From positions 1-32,774 of the forward strand of contig JBMFMQ010000003.1 of assembly GCA_049970595.1 (NCBI GenBank): a stretch of DNA of 32,774 bases, in the 5' to 3' direction. The DNA is from Candidatus Ratteibacteria bacterium. GTDB taxonomy: Bacteria; Ratteibacteria; UBA8468; B48-G9; JAFGKM01. The notes below the pieces were generated by a model that saw only the letters and a program-made list of their open reading frames with translations, searched no databases and was not told the DNA's origin. Position 1 is the first letter of the stretch; every line of letters begins with the position of its first letter. The position numbers and the translations under genes are program-made. Shown here piece after piece: positions 18,290 through 26,066 of the stretch.

Positions 18290-19335
18290 TTTAATTCATT
18301 TAAAAATTTTTCATTTTCATTTCTTTTTCTAACACATATTCTTATAAAATTTCTTCCAAGACCTTTTATATTTGAGCAATCCCTTACAAGTATCCCTTTT
18401 AACTTCAATTTCTCAATAAAAAATTTAAAATTTATATCTCTTTCAATCTTTATAAGGAAAAAATTTGCCTCTCCATTAAATACTTTAACTCCTTGAAGAA
18501 TTTTTAAATTTCTGTAAATATATTCTTTTTCCTCTTTTATCCTCTTTTTAATTTCTTTTAATTCAAAATCTATTAATTTTTGCGCAATATTTTCAGCCAA
18601 ACTATTAATATTCCAAGGATACATATATTTTGAAATAATTTTCGTTAAGTTTTTATCACCAATAAGATAACCAATTCTTAATCCAGGGATAGGGAATATT
18701 TTTGTAAAAGTCCTTAAAATAAGAAGATTTTTATACTTTTTTATTTCAGATACCAAACTTTCTTTTTCTGTAAAATCAATAAATGCCTCATCTATTAAAA
18801 AAATTTCATCTCTATTCTTTTTCAGAATTTCAATAATTTTCTCTTTTTCAATATAAAAACCAGTTGGATTATTTGGATTACATAAAAAAATAGAATCAAA
18901 AAAACTTTTATACTTTAAAATTTCATCAATTCTTATCTCAAAATTATCTTCTTCTTTTGTCTTTAAAAACAAAATTTTTCCACCATTTAATTTAATACTC
19001 CTTTCATATTCTGAAAATGTCGGTATAAAGATTATTGATTTTTTTAACTTTAATGCTTTTGGTATTAAATAGATTAGTTCAATAGAGCCATTTCCAAGAA
19101 TCACATTTTTATAAGAAACTGAAAATTTTTCAGCAATTTTTTCTCTTGTTTTTTTGTATTGACTATCAGGATAAAAAAATATATTTTCAATTGAAGAAAT
19201 AATCATATTTTTTATCTTTTCAAAATCAAAAAAAACATTAACATTTGAACTGAAATCAATTATCTTCTCTTTTTCAAAACCATATTTTTCAATCAACTCA
19301 TAAATATTACCACCATGCTTTAATAATTTTTCCAT
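18268..19335 (-). CDS. cobD: L-threonine-O-3-phosphate decarboxylase (class I/II aminotransferase fold)
   Basis: HGGNIYE...IIDFSSNVN N-terminus, CNPNNPTG, RTFTKIFPIPGLRIGY (PLP lysine). Context between cbiB and cobS. Confidence 0.75.
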   Translation of the reverse strand: MEKLLKHGGNIYELIEKYGFEKEKIIDFSSNVNVFFDFEKIKNMIISSIENIFFYPDSQYKKTREKIAEKFSVSYKNVILGNGSIELIYLIPKALKLKKSIIFIPTFSEYERSIKLNGGKILFLKTKEEDNFEIRIDEILKYKSFFDSIFLCNPNNPTGFYIEKEKIIEILKKNRDEIFLIDEAFIDFTEKESLVSEIKKYKNLLILRTFTKIFPIPGLRIGYLIGDKNLTKIISKYMYPWNINSLAENIAQKLIDFELKEIKKRIKEEKEYIYRNLKILQGVKVFNGEANFFLIKIERDINFKFFIEKLKLKGILVRDCSNIKGLGRNFIRICVRKRNENEKFLNELKCLLYQQ

Positions 19336-20053
19336 TGAAAATTGAAATTATTAAAAGAATTAAAATTTCATTGAACTCAACTATTGCTCCAATTGTATCT
19401 CCAGTTAAACCACCTATTTTTTTAGAAAAAAATTTGTTTAAAATGTATGTCAAAATTATAACAGGTAAAAAAAGTGATAATGAATTTATGCCTCCGGATA
19501 AAAATATGAGCACACATGATAAAATCGTTGAGTAAATAAAAATTTTTCCATTTATATTATCAAAGAATATTTTTGCCTTTCCATAATCTCTTGCATAATT
19601 AAAAAAATAAATTGAATAAACGATTGCCCATCTACTTAAAATTGGAAATAATATAATTGTTTGAAATTTAAAATTTTTTATTGAGTTTAAAAGAAATATT
19701 TTTGAAAGAACAACAAATAAAATTGAAAGAACACCAAAACATCCTATATTTTTATCTCTCATAATTTTAAGTATCTCATTTTTATTTTTCCCACCAAATA
19801 TTCCATCAAAAGTATCTGAAACACCATCAATATGTATTGCTCCGGTTATAAAAATTATGAAAAAAACTGTGATTGTATCAACAAAAATCAAAGAAAGAAA
19901 TTTAAGTAAATATTTATTTATAATTAATGAAAGAAAACCTATAATAAGACCACATAATGGGAAAAAAATCAATGAATATGGTAAGTCATTTTCATCTATT
20001 TCTTTAAATCTTAAAATTGTCAAAAACTGTATTGATGATAGGATTTTATTCAT
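19307..20053 (-). CDS. cobS: Adenosylcobinamide-GDP ribazoletransferase (cobalamin synthase)
   Basis: Polytopic. HIDGVSDTFDG and GGLTGDTIGA motifs. Confidence 0.8.
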   Translation of the reverse strand: MNKILSSIQFLTILRFKEIDENDLPYSLIFFPLCGLIIGFLSLIINKYLLKFLSLIFVDTITVFFIIFITGAIHIDGVSDTFDGIFGGKNKNEILKIMRDKNIGCFGVLSILFVVLSKIFLLNSIKNFKFQTIILFPILSRWAIVYSIYFFNYARDYGKAKIFFDNINGKIFIYSTILSCVLIFLSGGINSLSLFLPVIILTYILNKFFSKKIGGLTGDTIGAIVEFNEILILLIISIFNGKIIKAWW

Positions 20054-21108
20054 TTTATTTCCTTTGAAACGCCTGCTTCTTCAAAAGTAGCCATTTCATT
20101 TAAAATTTTTATACCAGATTCAACAAGAAAAATTCCAAGTGCTGCTCCTGTTCCTTCTCCAAGTCGTAAATTTAAATTTAATAGTGGTTCAAGTCCTATA
20201 TAATCAAGTAAAATTTTATGTCCAGGTTCAGAAGATAAATGTGAAGCAATCATATAATTTTTTGTTATGGGAGAAATTTTATATGCAATTAAAGCACCTG
20301 CACCTGAAATAAATCCATCAATCAAAACAGGAATTCTATTTTTTGCACATCCAATAATTACACCTGCTATTCCACCTATTTCAAATCCACCAACTTTTGA
20401 TAAAACATCAATTGGGTCAGAAGGGTCTGGTTTATTGAAACTTATTGCCTTTTTAATAACATCTATTTTCCTTTTATAAATATCATCACTTATTCCTGTT
20501 CCATATCCAGTTACCTTTTCAACTTCATTTCCTGTTATAACTGAAACAATTGCACTGCTTGGAGTTGTATTTCCAATTCCCATATCACCAACACCAGCAA
20601 TATCTATTGAACTTTTTTTCAATCGTCCTTCAACAATTTCTATTCCATAGTTTATTGATTGAATTGCTTGTTTTCTTGTCATTGCTGGCTGTTTTGTAAA
20701 ATTTTTTGTTCCATAATCAACCTTTTTAATAATAACTTTTTCATTGAAAATATCTTTTTTTACACCAATATCAACAACTATAACCTCTGCACCTACATGT
20801 CTTGCAAGAACATTTATTGCAGCAGTTCCTTTTAAAAAATTATAAACCATCTGTTCTGTAACCTCTTGTGGATATGCACTTACGCCTTCTTCACAAACTC
20901 CATGGTCTCCTGCAAGAGTAAATATAACTTTATTTTTAATTTTCACATCAGTTTTCCCTTTTATTCCACAATAAATAATTGCAAGTTCTTCAAGTTTTCC
21001 TAAACTACCTTTTGGTTTTGTTAAATTATCAAGTTTCTTCTTCGTTTGGTCCATTATTTTTTTATCTGGTAATTCAATTTCCTTTATATAATTTTCAAAA
21101 AACTCCAT
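20050..21108 (-). CDS. cobT: Nicotinate-nucleotide--dimethylbenzimidazole phosphoribosyltransferase
   Basis: KPKGSLGKLEE, GDHGV, GDMGIGNTT, LRLGEGTGAA motifs. Confidence 0.85.
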   Translation of the reverse strand: MEFFENYIKEIELPDKKIMDQTKKKLDNLTKPKGSLGKLEELAIIYCGIKGKTDVKIKNKVIFTLAGDHGVCEEGVSAYPQEVTEQMVYNFLKGTAAINVLARHVGAEVIVVDIGVKKDIFNEKVIIKKVDYGTKNFTKQPAMTRKQAIQSINYGIEIVEGRLKKSSIDIAGVGDMGIGNTTPSSAIVSVITGNEVEKVTGYGTGISDDIYKRKIDVIKKAISFNKPDPSDPIDVLSKVGGFEIGGIAGVIIGCAKNRIPVLIDGFISGAGALIAYKISPITKNYMIASHLSSEPGHKILLDYIGLEPLLNLNLRLGEGTGAALGIFLVESGIKILNEMATFEEAGVSKEIK

Positions 21109-21625
21109 TATTCTTTTCTCCTTTCAATTTTAATGGTATTCCTGAAACAATTAAATAAACATAATCAGAATTTTCTGAAATTAACTGATGAACTTTTCCA
21201 ATTATATCCCTAAAATCTCTTGCAATCTTATTTTCAGGAACTATTCCCCATCCAACTTCATTTGAAACAATTATAGCACAACATTTTTCCTTTCTTATCT
21301 TTATTATCAAATTTTTAACCTTATTTATTATTTCTTTTTCTCCATAATTTTTAAGCATCAAATTTGTTATCCATGTTGTAATACAATCAATAATATAATC
21401 ATTTCCACTTTCTATAAAATTTTCAATATCTATATTTTCTTCAACTGTTTTCCATTCTTTTGGTCTTGTCTTTTTATGTTTTTCTATCCTTTCTTTCATT
21501 TCATCATCAATTTCTTTACCAGTTGCGATAAAAACAACATTTTTAAAATTTTCTTTTGCTATCTTTACAGCAAACTTACTTTTTCCACTTCTACATGGTC
21601 CAGTAATAAAAATTATATTTTTCAT
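21095..21625 (-). CDS. cobU: Bifunctional adenosylcobinamide kinase / adenosylcobinamide-phosphate guanylyltransferase
   Basis: ITGPCRSGKS P-loop, ATGKEIDDEMKERIEKHK, IVSNEVGWGIVPEN. 176 aa. Confidence 0.8.
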   Translation of the reverse strand: MKNIIFITGPCRSGKSKFAVKIAKENFKNVVFIATGKEIDDEMKERIEKHKKTRPKEWKTVEENIDIENFIESGNDYIIDCITTWITNLMLKNYGEKEIINKVKNLIIKIRKEKCCAIIVSNEVGWGIVPENKIARDFRDIIGKVHQLISENSDYVYLIVSGIPLKLKGEKNNGVF

Positions 21626-22351
21626 TTATTCAAGGTCATATAAACTATCATCTTTTGATAAATCTCCAAGTGAAGAATTATATGGACTTGCATTAAATTT
21701 TGCTTTTATTGCCTCAACATGTCCATCACAGAAAGCAACATTTGCAAATCCATTATGTCTGAAATGAACATTTGGTCCACTCCAGGAATAATAAGGGTCA
21801 TTTGGTGCTCTTAAATAATTATTTCCAATTAATTCATTTGTAAAAGAAGACCATGAGGCACTATCACATAATAAGACAGTTTCTGATGTTTTTCTAATTC
21901 TTGATAATCTTGTTGGTGGTGTTGCCTGGCCATCCCATGCTGAATATCCACCTCCAATATATGAAGCATTGTAAGCATATCCTGTAAATGGTCTATCGTA
22001 TGATTTTATTATTTTTTTAGCAGTTGGACATTCAAATATCCCTTTTGTTAAATAACTTCCAATAATTCCTGGTCTATATGTTACCCACCAAGTATCTGTT
22101 GCAAAATCCCATCCAATTTCAGAAGTATATGTTAAATAATATGTGGGCGGGAAATAATCATCATTGTCTTGAACATACATAAGAAAAGCAAGTGTAAGTT
22201 GTTTTAAATTATTCATGCATGTTGCTTGTCTTGCCTTTTCTCTTGCCTTTGCAAGTGCTGGCATAAGCATTGCTGCAAGAATACTGATGATAGCAACTAC
22301 AACAAGCAACTCTATTAAAGTGAAGCCGACCTTTTTTAAATTTTTTTTCAT
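21626..22351 (-). CDS. Prepilin-type N-terminal cleavage/methylation domain protein, H-X9-DG pseudopilin (paralogue 2); first cistron after the B12 riboswitch
   Basis: Start re-set to ATG 22351, preceded by AAAGGAGGGG. The longer track ORF runs into the riboswitch. MKKNLKKVG|[46 protein letters not shown] is an exact H-X9-DG. Stop TAA 21626..21628 directly abuts cobU ATG 21625. Confidence 0.85.
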   Translation of the reverse strand: MKKNLKKVGFTLIELLVVVAIISILAAMLMPALAKAREKARQATCMNNLKQLTLAFLMYVQDNDDYFPPTYYLTYTSEIGWDFATDTWWVTYRPGIIGSYLTKGIFECPTAKKIIKSYDRPFTGYAYNASYIGGGYSAWDGQATPPTRLSRIRKTSETVLLCDSASWSSFTNELIGNNYLRAPNDPYYSWSGPNVHFRHNGFANVAFCDGHVEAIKAKFNASPYNSSLGDLSKDDSLYDLE

Positions 22352-22370
22352 TTTTCCCCTCCTTTCAAAT

Positions 22371-22395
22371 AAAAAAGCCCGCCAACCTGGCGGGC
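22371..22395 (-). terminator. Intrinsic terminator acting as riboswitch expression platform
   Basis: Minus strand reads GCCCGCC-AGGTT-GGCGGGC followed by TTTTTT. It lies between the aptamer and the SD of the pilin-like gene. Confidence 0.75.
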
Positions 22396-22616
22396 TGCAC
22401 CCGATTTCTTTGCCATTACTTTCTGCCCTCGCAGAAAGTAAATTCGCCAATCTGGGGCAGGTCTTCTGACTCGGGCTTCATCCTACTCGGCTGCCTTCCC
22501 ATCCTTTACGGACAGTGGCATTTTGCCTTTCGTCTGCCCTCACAGCTCCGGGGGAGTGGCTGATCATCCATTTATGGACTACAGCACTTCCCTATTAAGC
22601 CATAAAGGCACCCCAG
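22371..22616 (-). promoter_or_regulatory. Cobalamin (B12) riboswitch, aptamer ~22452..22616 plus expression platform
   Basis: This is the only GC-rich stretch in the window. Reverse complement: CTGGGGTGCCTTTATGGCTTAATAGGGAAG...GCCACTCCCCCGGAGCTGTGAGGG...TGCCACTGTCCGTAAAGGATGGGAAGGCAGCC...AGTCAGAAGACCTGCCCCAG. P1 pairs CTGGGG (22611..22616) with CCCCAG (22452..22457). GCCACTG core at 22513..22519. B12 box AGTCAGAAGACCTGCC at 22456..22471. Extra 10-bp hairpin at 22417..22440. Confidence 0.85.
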
Positions 22617-22627
22617 ATTTATATAAA

Positions 22628-22655
22628 ATTATAAAATCAAAAAAATTTTTGTCAA
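22628..22655 (-). promoter_or_regulatory. Sigma70-type promoter driving the riboswitch and B12 operon
   Basis: Minus strand has TTGACA (22655..22650), a 16-nt spacer, then TATAAT (22633..22628). This puts the start ~22620, just upstream of the P1 helix. Confidence 0.6.
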
Positions 22656-22678
22656 GTCAAATTTTTTTGTGATATATT
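22649..22678 (+). promoter_or_regulatory. Divergent promoter for the beta-helix gene
   Basis: TTGTCA (22649..22654), 18-nt spacer ending in TGTGa, TATATT (22673..22678). Its -35 overlaps the -35 of the minus-strand promoter. Confidence 0.4.
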
Positions 22679-22691
22679 TATAAACTAAAAA

Positions 22692-24668
22692 ATGGAAAAA
22701 GTTAATTTAAAAAACGCAGATTTCTTGTATGTGTCAAATGATGGGAATGATTTTTTCAGTGGAAGGAACCCTGAAAAAAAAGAAAATGATGGTCCTTTCA
22801 GAACAATCAGAAGAGCACTTGATGAAATTGTCAGGATAAAAAAGAAAAATAAAGGCAAACTCAAAAAAAATATAATTATAATGATAAGGGGTGGTATCTA
22901 CTTTATTGATGAACCCTTAAATATTACACATGAGCATTCAGGACAAGACAAGTTTTTTGTAATGATAAGAAATTATAAAAATGAAAAAGTTATTATTAGT
23001 GGTGGTGAAAAATTGAGAAATTGGGAAGAAAAAGAAATTGAAGGTAAAAATTGTTTTGTTTTTAATCTTGAAAGAGATATTAGAAATTTCTGGGTAAATG
23101 GTGAAAGAAAAAAAAGAGCAAGGTATCCAAAAAAAGGATATTTAAAAATTGAGGGTTTAGTTGATGAAGATGAAAAGAAAGATTGGAATGAAAGTGTTTA
23201 TAAAATCAGAGTTAAAAAAGAAGATATGATAGAATTTAAAGATTATTGGAATGGAGAAGTTATTCTTATGACGAAATGGGTTGAGTCAAGATTACCAATT
23301 TCTTCTATTTTCCCTGAAAAATATATTATTGAATTTAAAAGAAAAACTGTATTCAAACCTCAAAAAGATGACCTCTATTATATTGAAAATATTTTTGAAT
23401 TTCTTGATAAGGATAGATGGTATTATGATACAAAAGAAAAAAAACTTTACTTTTATCCAGAAAATAAAACACAAATGAAATGGGATTTTATAATTCCGAA
23501 AACTGATGTTATTTTAAAAATTAAAGGAAATCCAGAAGAAAATAAGTTTGTTGAAAATATTTACTTTTATAATTTAACCTTCTCTCACACTGAATGGTAT
23601 TCTTATAAAATGAGTTTAAGAGGGGAAGATGTAGGTGGTTTTACTCAGGCAGCAATTGGTGTTCCAGGGGCGATTTATTGTGAAGGTATGAAAAACTGTA
23701 AATTTGAAAAATTAGAAATATCACATATTGGGACATATGGTATTGAGTTATCAAAAGGATGTCAGAATAATAAATTAATAAACTGTATTTTTTATGATTT
23801 AGGAGGTGGTGGGATAAAAATTGGAGAACCAATTATAAGAGAAGAAGAAAAACTTCATACATTCGGAAATGAAATAAGAAATTGTTTAATAAAAGATGGA
23901 GGTAAGATTTTCCATAGTAGTGTTGGAATATGGATAGGCCAGAGTTATAAGAATAAGATTTTGAATAATGAAATATGTGATTTTTATTATACAGGAATAA
24001 GTATTGGATGGACCTGGGGTTACGGAGAATCACTTGCAAGGCATAATATTGTTAAATTTAATAGAGTTTGCCATATTGGAAAGAAAAAAGATGGAGATGG
24101 TCCAATTTTAAGCGATATGGGTGGAATATATACACTCGGAATTCAGGATGGGACAATAATTTCAAATAATATATTTTGTTATATCTATGGTTATTGGTAT
24201 GGTGGATGGGGTATATATTTTGATGAGGGGAGCACTCATATCATTGCAGAAAATAACCTTGTTTACAATACAACTCATGGTGGTTTTCATCAGCATTATG
24301 GAAAGGAAAATATTATAAGGAATAATATTTTTGCTTTTGGAAGACAACAGCAGATTCAAATAACAAGACCTGAATCACATATAAGGTTTAAATTTGAAAG
24401 GAATATTGTTATAGGAGATACAGAAAAATGGATAGAAGGTGGATTTGATTTCAATTTTATTTTTGAAAAAAATATATACTGGAATTTGAAAGGCAAAGAA
24501 ATAAAGTTTTTTGGACTTACATGGGAAGAATGGAGAAAAAAAGGTATGGATGTAAATTCTTTAATTGCAGACCCTTTATTTTATAATATTAGAAAACTTG
24601 ATTTTAGGTTAAGGAAAAACTCACCTGCTTTCAAACTTGGATTTAAAAAGTTTAAATTACCAGAATAA
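22692..24668 (+). CDS. Right-handed parallel beta-helix repeat protein (pectate-lyase-fold, probable polysaccharide-active enzyme)
   Basis: Repeated short beta-helix turns: NNKLINCIFYDLGGGGIKIG, NEIRNCLIKDGG, NKILNNEICDFYYTGISIG, NNLVYNTTHGGFHQHYGKENIIRNNIF. No obvious signal peptide. Confidence 0.6.
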   Translation: MEKVNLKNADFLYVSNDGNDFFSGRNPEKKENDGPFRTIRRALDEIVRIKKKNKGKLKKNIIIMIRGGIYFIDEPLNITHEHSGQDKFFVMIRNYKNEKVIISGGEKLRNWEEKEIEGKNCFVFNLERDIRNFWVNGERKKRARYPKKGYLKIEGLVDEDEKKDWNESVYKIRVKKEDMIEFKDYWNGEVILMTKWVESRLPISSIFPEKYIIEFKRKTVFKPQKDDLYYIENIFEFLDKDRWYYDTKEKKLYFYPENKTQMKWDFIIPKTDVILKIKGNPEENKFVENIYFYNLTFSHTEWYSYKMSLRGEDVGGFTQAAIGVPGAIYCEGMKNCKFEKLEISHIGTYGIELSKGCQNNKLINCIFYDLGGGGIKIGEPIIREEEKLHTFGNEIRNCLIKDGGKIFHSSVGIWIGQSYKNKILNNEICDFYYTGISIGWTWGYGESLARHNIVKFNRVCHIGKKKDGDGPILSDMGGIYTLGIQDGTIISNNIFCYIYGYWYGGWGIYFDEGSTHIIAENNLVYNTTHGGFHQHYGKENIIRNNIFAFGRQQQIQITRPESHIRFKFERNIVIGDTEKWIEGGFDFNFIFEKNIYWNLKGKEIKFFGLTWEEWRKKGMDVNSLIADPLFYNIRKLDFRLRKNSPAFKLGFKKFKLPE

Positions 24669-24670
24669 AT

Positions 24671-25219
24671 TTATTTTAAGTATTTGTCAGAATAAATTTT
24701 TTCAATAAAATCAATTATTTTTTTTATTTCTGCAAGTCGTCCTTTCCCTTTTTTACCACTTGCAAGTTCTCCCTCTTCTGGACCAATAAAAAAATAACCA
24801 AATTTCTTTAATTTTTCCACATTTTCCTGAATTATTTTATTCTTCCACATATTTTCATTCATTGCAGGAGCAAAAATAACAGGTCCAGAAAAAGAAAAGA
24901 TTGTGGTTGTTAATAAATCGTCACATATTCCAGAGGCAATTTTACTTATTATATTTGCTGTTGCTGGGCATATAATGATTAAAGAAGCAAAATCAGCAAG
25001 TTTAACATGGTCTTCTTCGTAATTTTTTCTTTCAAACATATCATAGTAGACAGGATTTTTTGAAAGAACTTCAAAAGTTAAAGGACTTACAAATTTTTTA
25101 GAATTTTCTGTCATAATTATTTTAACTTTCCATTTGTTTTTTATTAATCCTCTCACAAGTTCACATGTTTTATATATAGCAATTGAACCAGAAATACCAA
25201 CAATGATATTTTTTTTCAT
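24671..25219 (-). CDS. coaC: Stand-alone phosphopantothenoylcysteine decarboxylase-type flavoprotein (CoaC domain only)
   Basis: GISGSIAIYK, SPLTFEVLS, CPATANIISKIASGICDDLLTT, APAMNENMW, GELASGKKGKGRLAE match the N-terminal half of CoaBC. 182 aa, no CoaB half. Confidence 0.7.
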   Translation of the reverse strand: MKKNIIVGISGSIAIYKTCELVRGLIKNKWKVKIIMTENSKKFVSPLTFEVLSKNPVYYDMFERKNYEEDHVKLADFASLIIICPATANIISKIASGICDDLLTTTIFSFSGPVIFAPAMNENMWKNKIIQENVEKLKKFGYFFIGPEEGELASGKKGKGRLAEIKKIIDFIEKIYSDKYLK

Positions 25220-25247
25220 TTTGCCTCCACCCTTTATTATATAACAT

Positions 25248-25276
25248 TTGCAAAGAAAATTAAATAATATTAAAAT
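25248..25276 (+). promoter_or_regulatory. Candidate promoter for the kinase-phosphatase pair
   Basis: TTGCAA (25248..25253), 17-nt spacer, TAAAAT (25271..25276). Followed by SD AAAGGAG and ATG 25302. Confidence 0.4.
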
Positions 25277-25301
25277 TATTTGGTTTTTTCAAAGGAGAAT
25301 T

Positions 25302-26066
25302 ATGTATGAGGATTATAAAATAAAATTGATAGGAGAAAAAATAGAAGGATATCTAATTGATGAAAGAATTTGGCAGGGTGCAACTTCAATGATTTATAGA
25401 GGAAGCAGTAAAAATGGGAAATTTGGTAATTTTGTTGCGATAAAAGTGCTTCATCCCTATAGGAAAGAAAGATACCAAATAAAAATGTTTGTAAAGGAAT
25501 ATAGAATATTGAAAAAACTCCATCATCCAAATGTATTGAAGGTTTATAAATTTGGGAGGAGAGAAGGACTATACTACATAATAATGGAATATATTGATGG
25601 TAAAAGTTTGAGATTCCTTGGGAATAAAATATCAGAAATTTCACCCGATACAATTCTTTATATAATGATAAAAGTTGGAGAAGGCATTAAGTATATCCAT
25701 TCTAAGAAAGTTTTACATAATGATATAAAACCAGAAAACATAATCGTTGGGAATAACTTAAAAGATGTTAAAATTATTGATTTTGGTTATGCAGAAAGAA
25801 TTGGTTTTTTGAAAAGGAGAACAAATTTAACAGGTGGAACAGAAAGATATATTGCTCCTGAAAGAAAAAAGGGAATAATTGATTTTAAAAGCGATATTTA
25901 TTCATACGGGGTTATGATTGAAGAATATTTAACTTTTTATGTTTTTTATGAAAAAATTTATCCAGTAATATCTTTAGCATTATCTGATAATCCTGCAAAA
26001 AGGCCTTCTTTAGATAAAATTATAGAAACTTTAAGGGGAATATATGAAAATAGGTATAATCAGTGA
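25302..26066 (+). CDS. Hanks-type serine/threonine protein kinase, catalytic domain only
   Basis: Start re-set to ATG 25302 (SD AAAGGAG 5 nt upstream). VAIKVL, HNDIKPENI, IIDFGYA, YIAPE motifs. No transmembrane or sensor extension. Confidence 0.8.
   Translation: MYEDYKIKLIGEKIEGYLIDERIWQGATSMIYRGSSKNGKFGNFVAIKVLHPYRKERYQIKMFVKEYRILKKLHHPNVLKVYKFGRREGLYYIIMEYIDGKSLRFLGNKISEISPDTILYIMIKVGEGIKYIHSKKVLHNDIKPENIIVGNNLKDVKIIDFGYAERIGFLKRRTNLTGGTERYIAPERKKGIIDFKSDIYSYGVMIEEYLTFYVFYEKIYPVISLALSDNPAKRPSLDKIIETLRGIYENRYNQ

Noticed and set aside
12949-20479. Short ORFs nested in the B12 operon (12949..13143, 13515..13721, 13791..13988, 14591..14818, 15184..15399, 18057..18332, 19335..19535, 19857..20090, 20267..20479)
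   Set aside because: All overlap confidently assigned cob/btu/thyX genes on the opposite strand or in another frame. They have low-complexity composition and no independent signals.
22352-22450. N-terminal 33-codon extension of the track ORF 21626..22450 ([33 protein letters not shown])
   Set aside because: It lies inside the riboswitch expression platform and terminator and has no SD. The internal ATG 22351 has a strong SD and yields a canonical prepilin leader (MKKNLKKVG|F).
22215-22469. 84-aa plus-strand ORF
   Set aside because: It is antisense to the pseudopilin N-terminus and the riboswitch. Its open frame is a by-product of the GC-rich structured RNA and the hydrophobic pilin helix.
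23281-24359. Six 60-68 aa ORFs within or antisense to the beta-helix gene
   Set aside because: Same reasoning. They are nested in a 658-aa ORF with a clear repeat structure.
25248-25301. TTG start at 25248 for the kinase
   Set aside because: The TTG is part of a candidate -35 box (TTGCAA). ATG 25302 has AAAGGAG at proper spacing, and the extension (MQRKLNNIKIIWFFQRRI) adds nothing kinase-like. Likewise TTG 27300 and TTG 30631 were replaced by ATG 27306 and ATG 30595.
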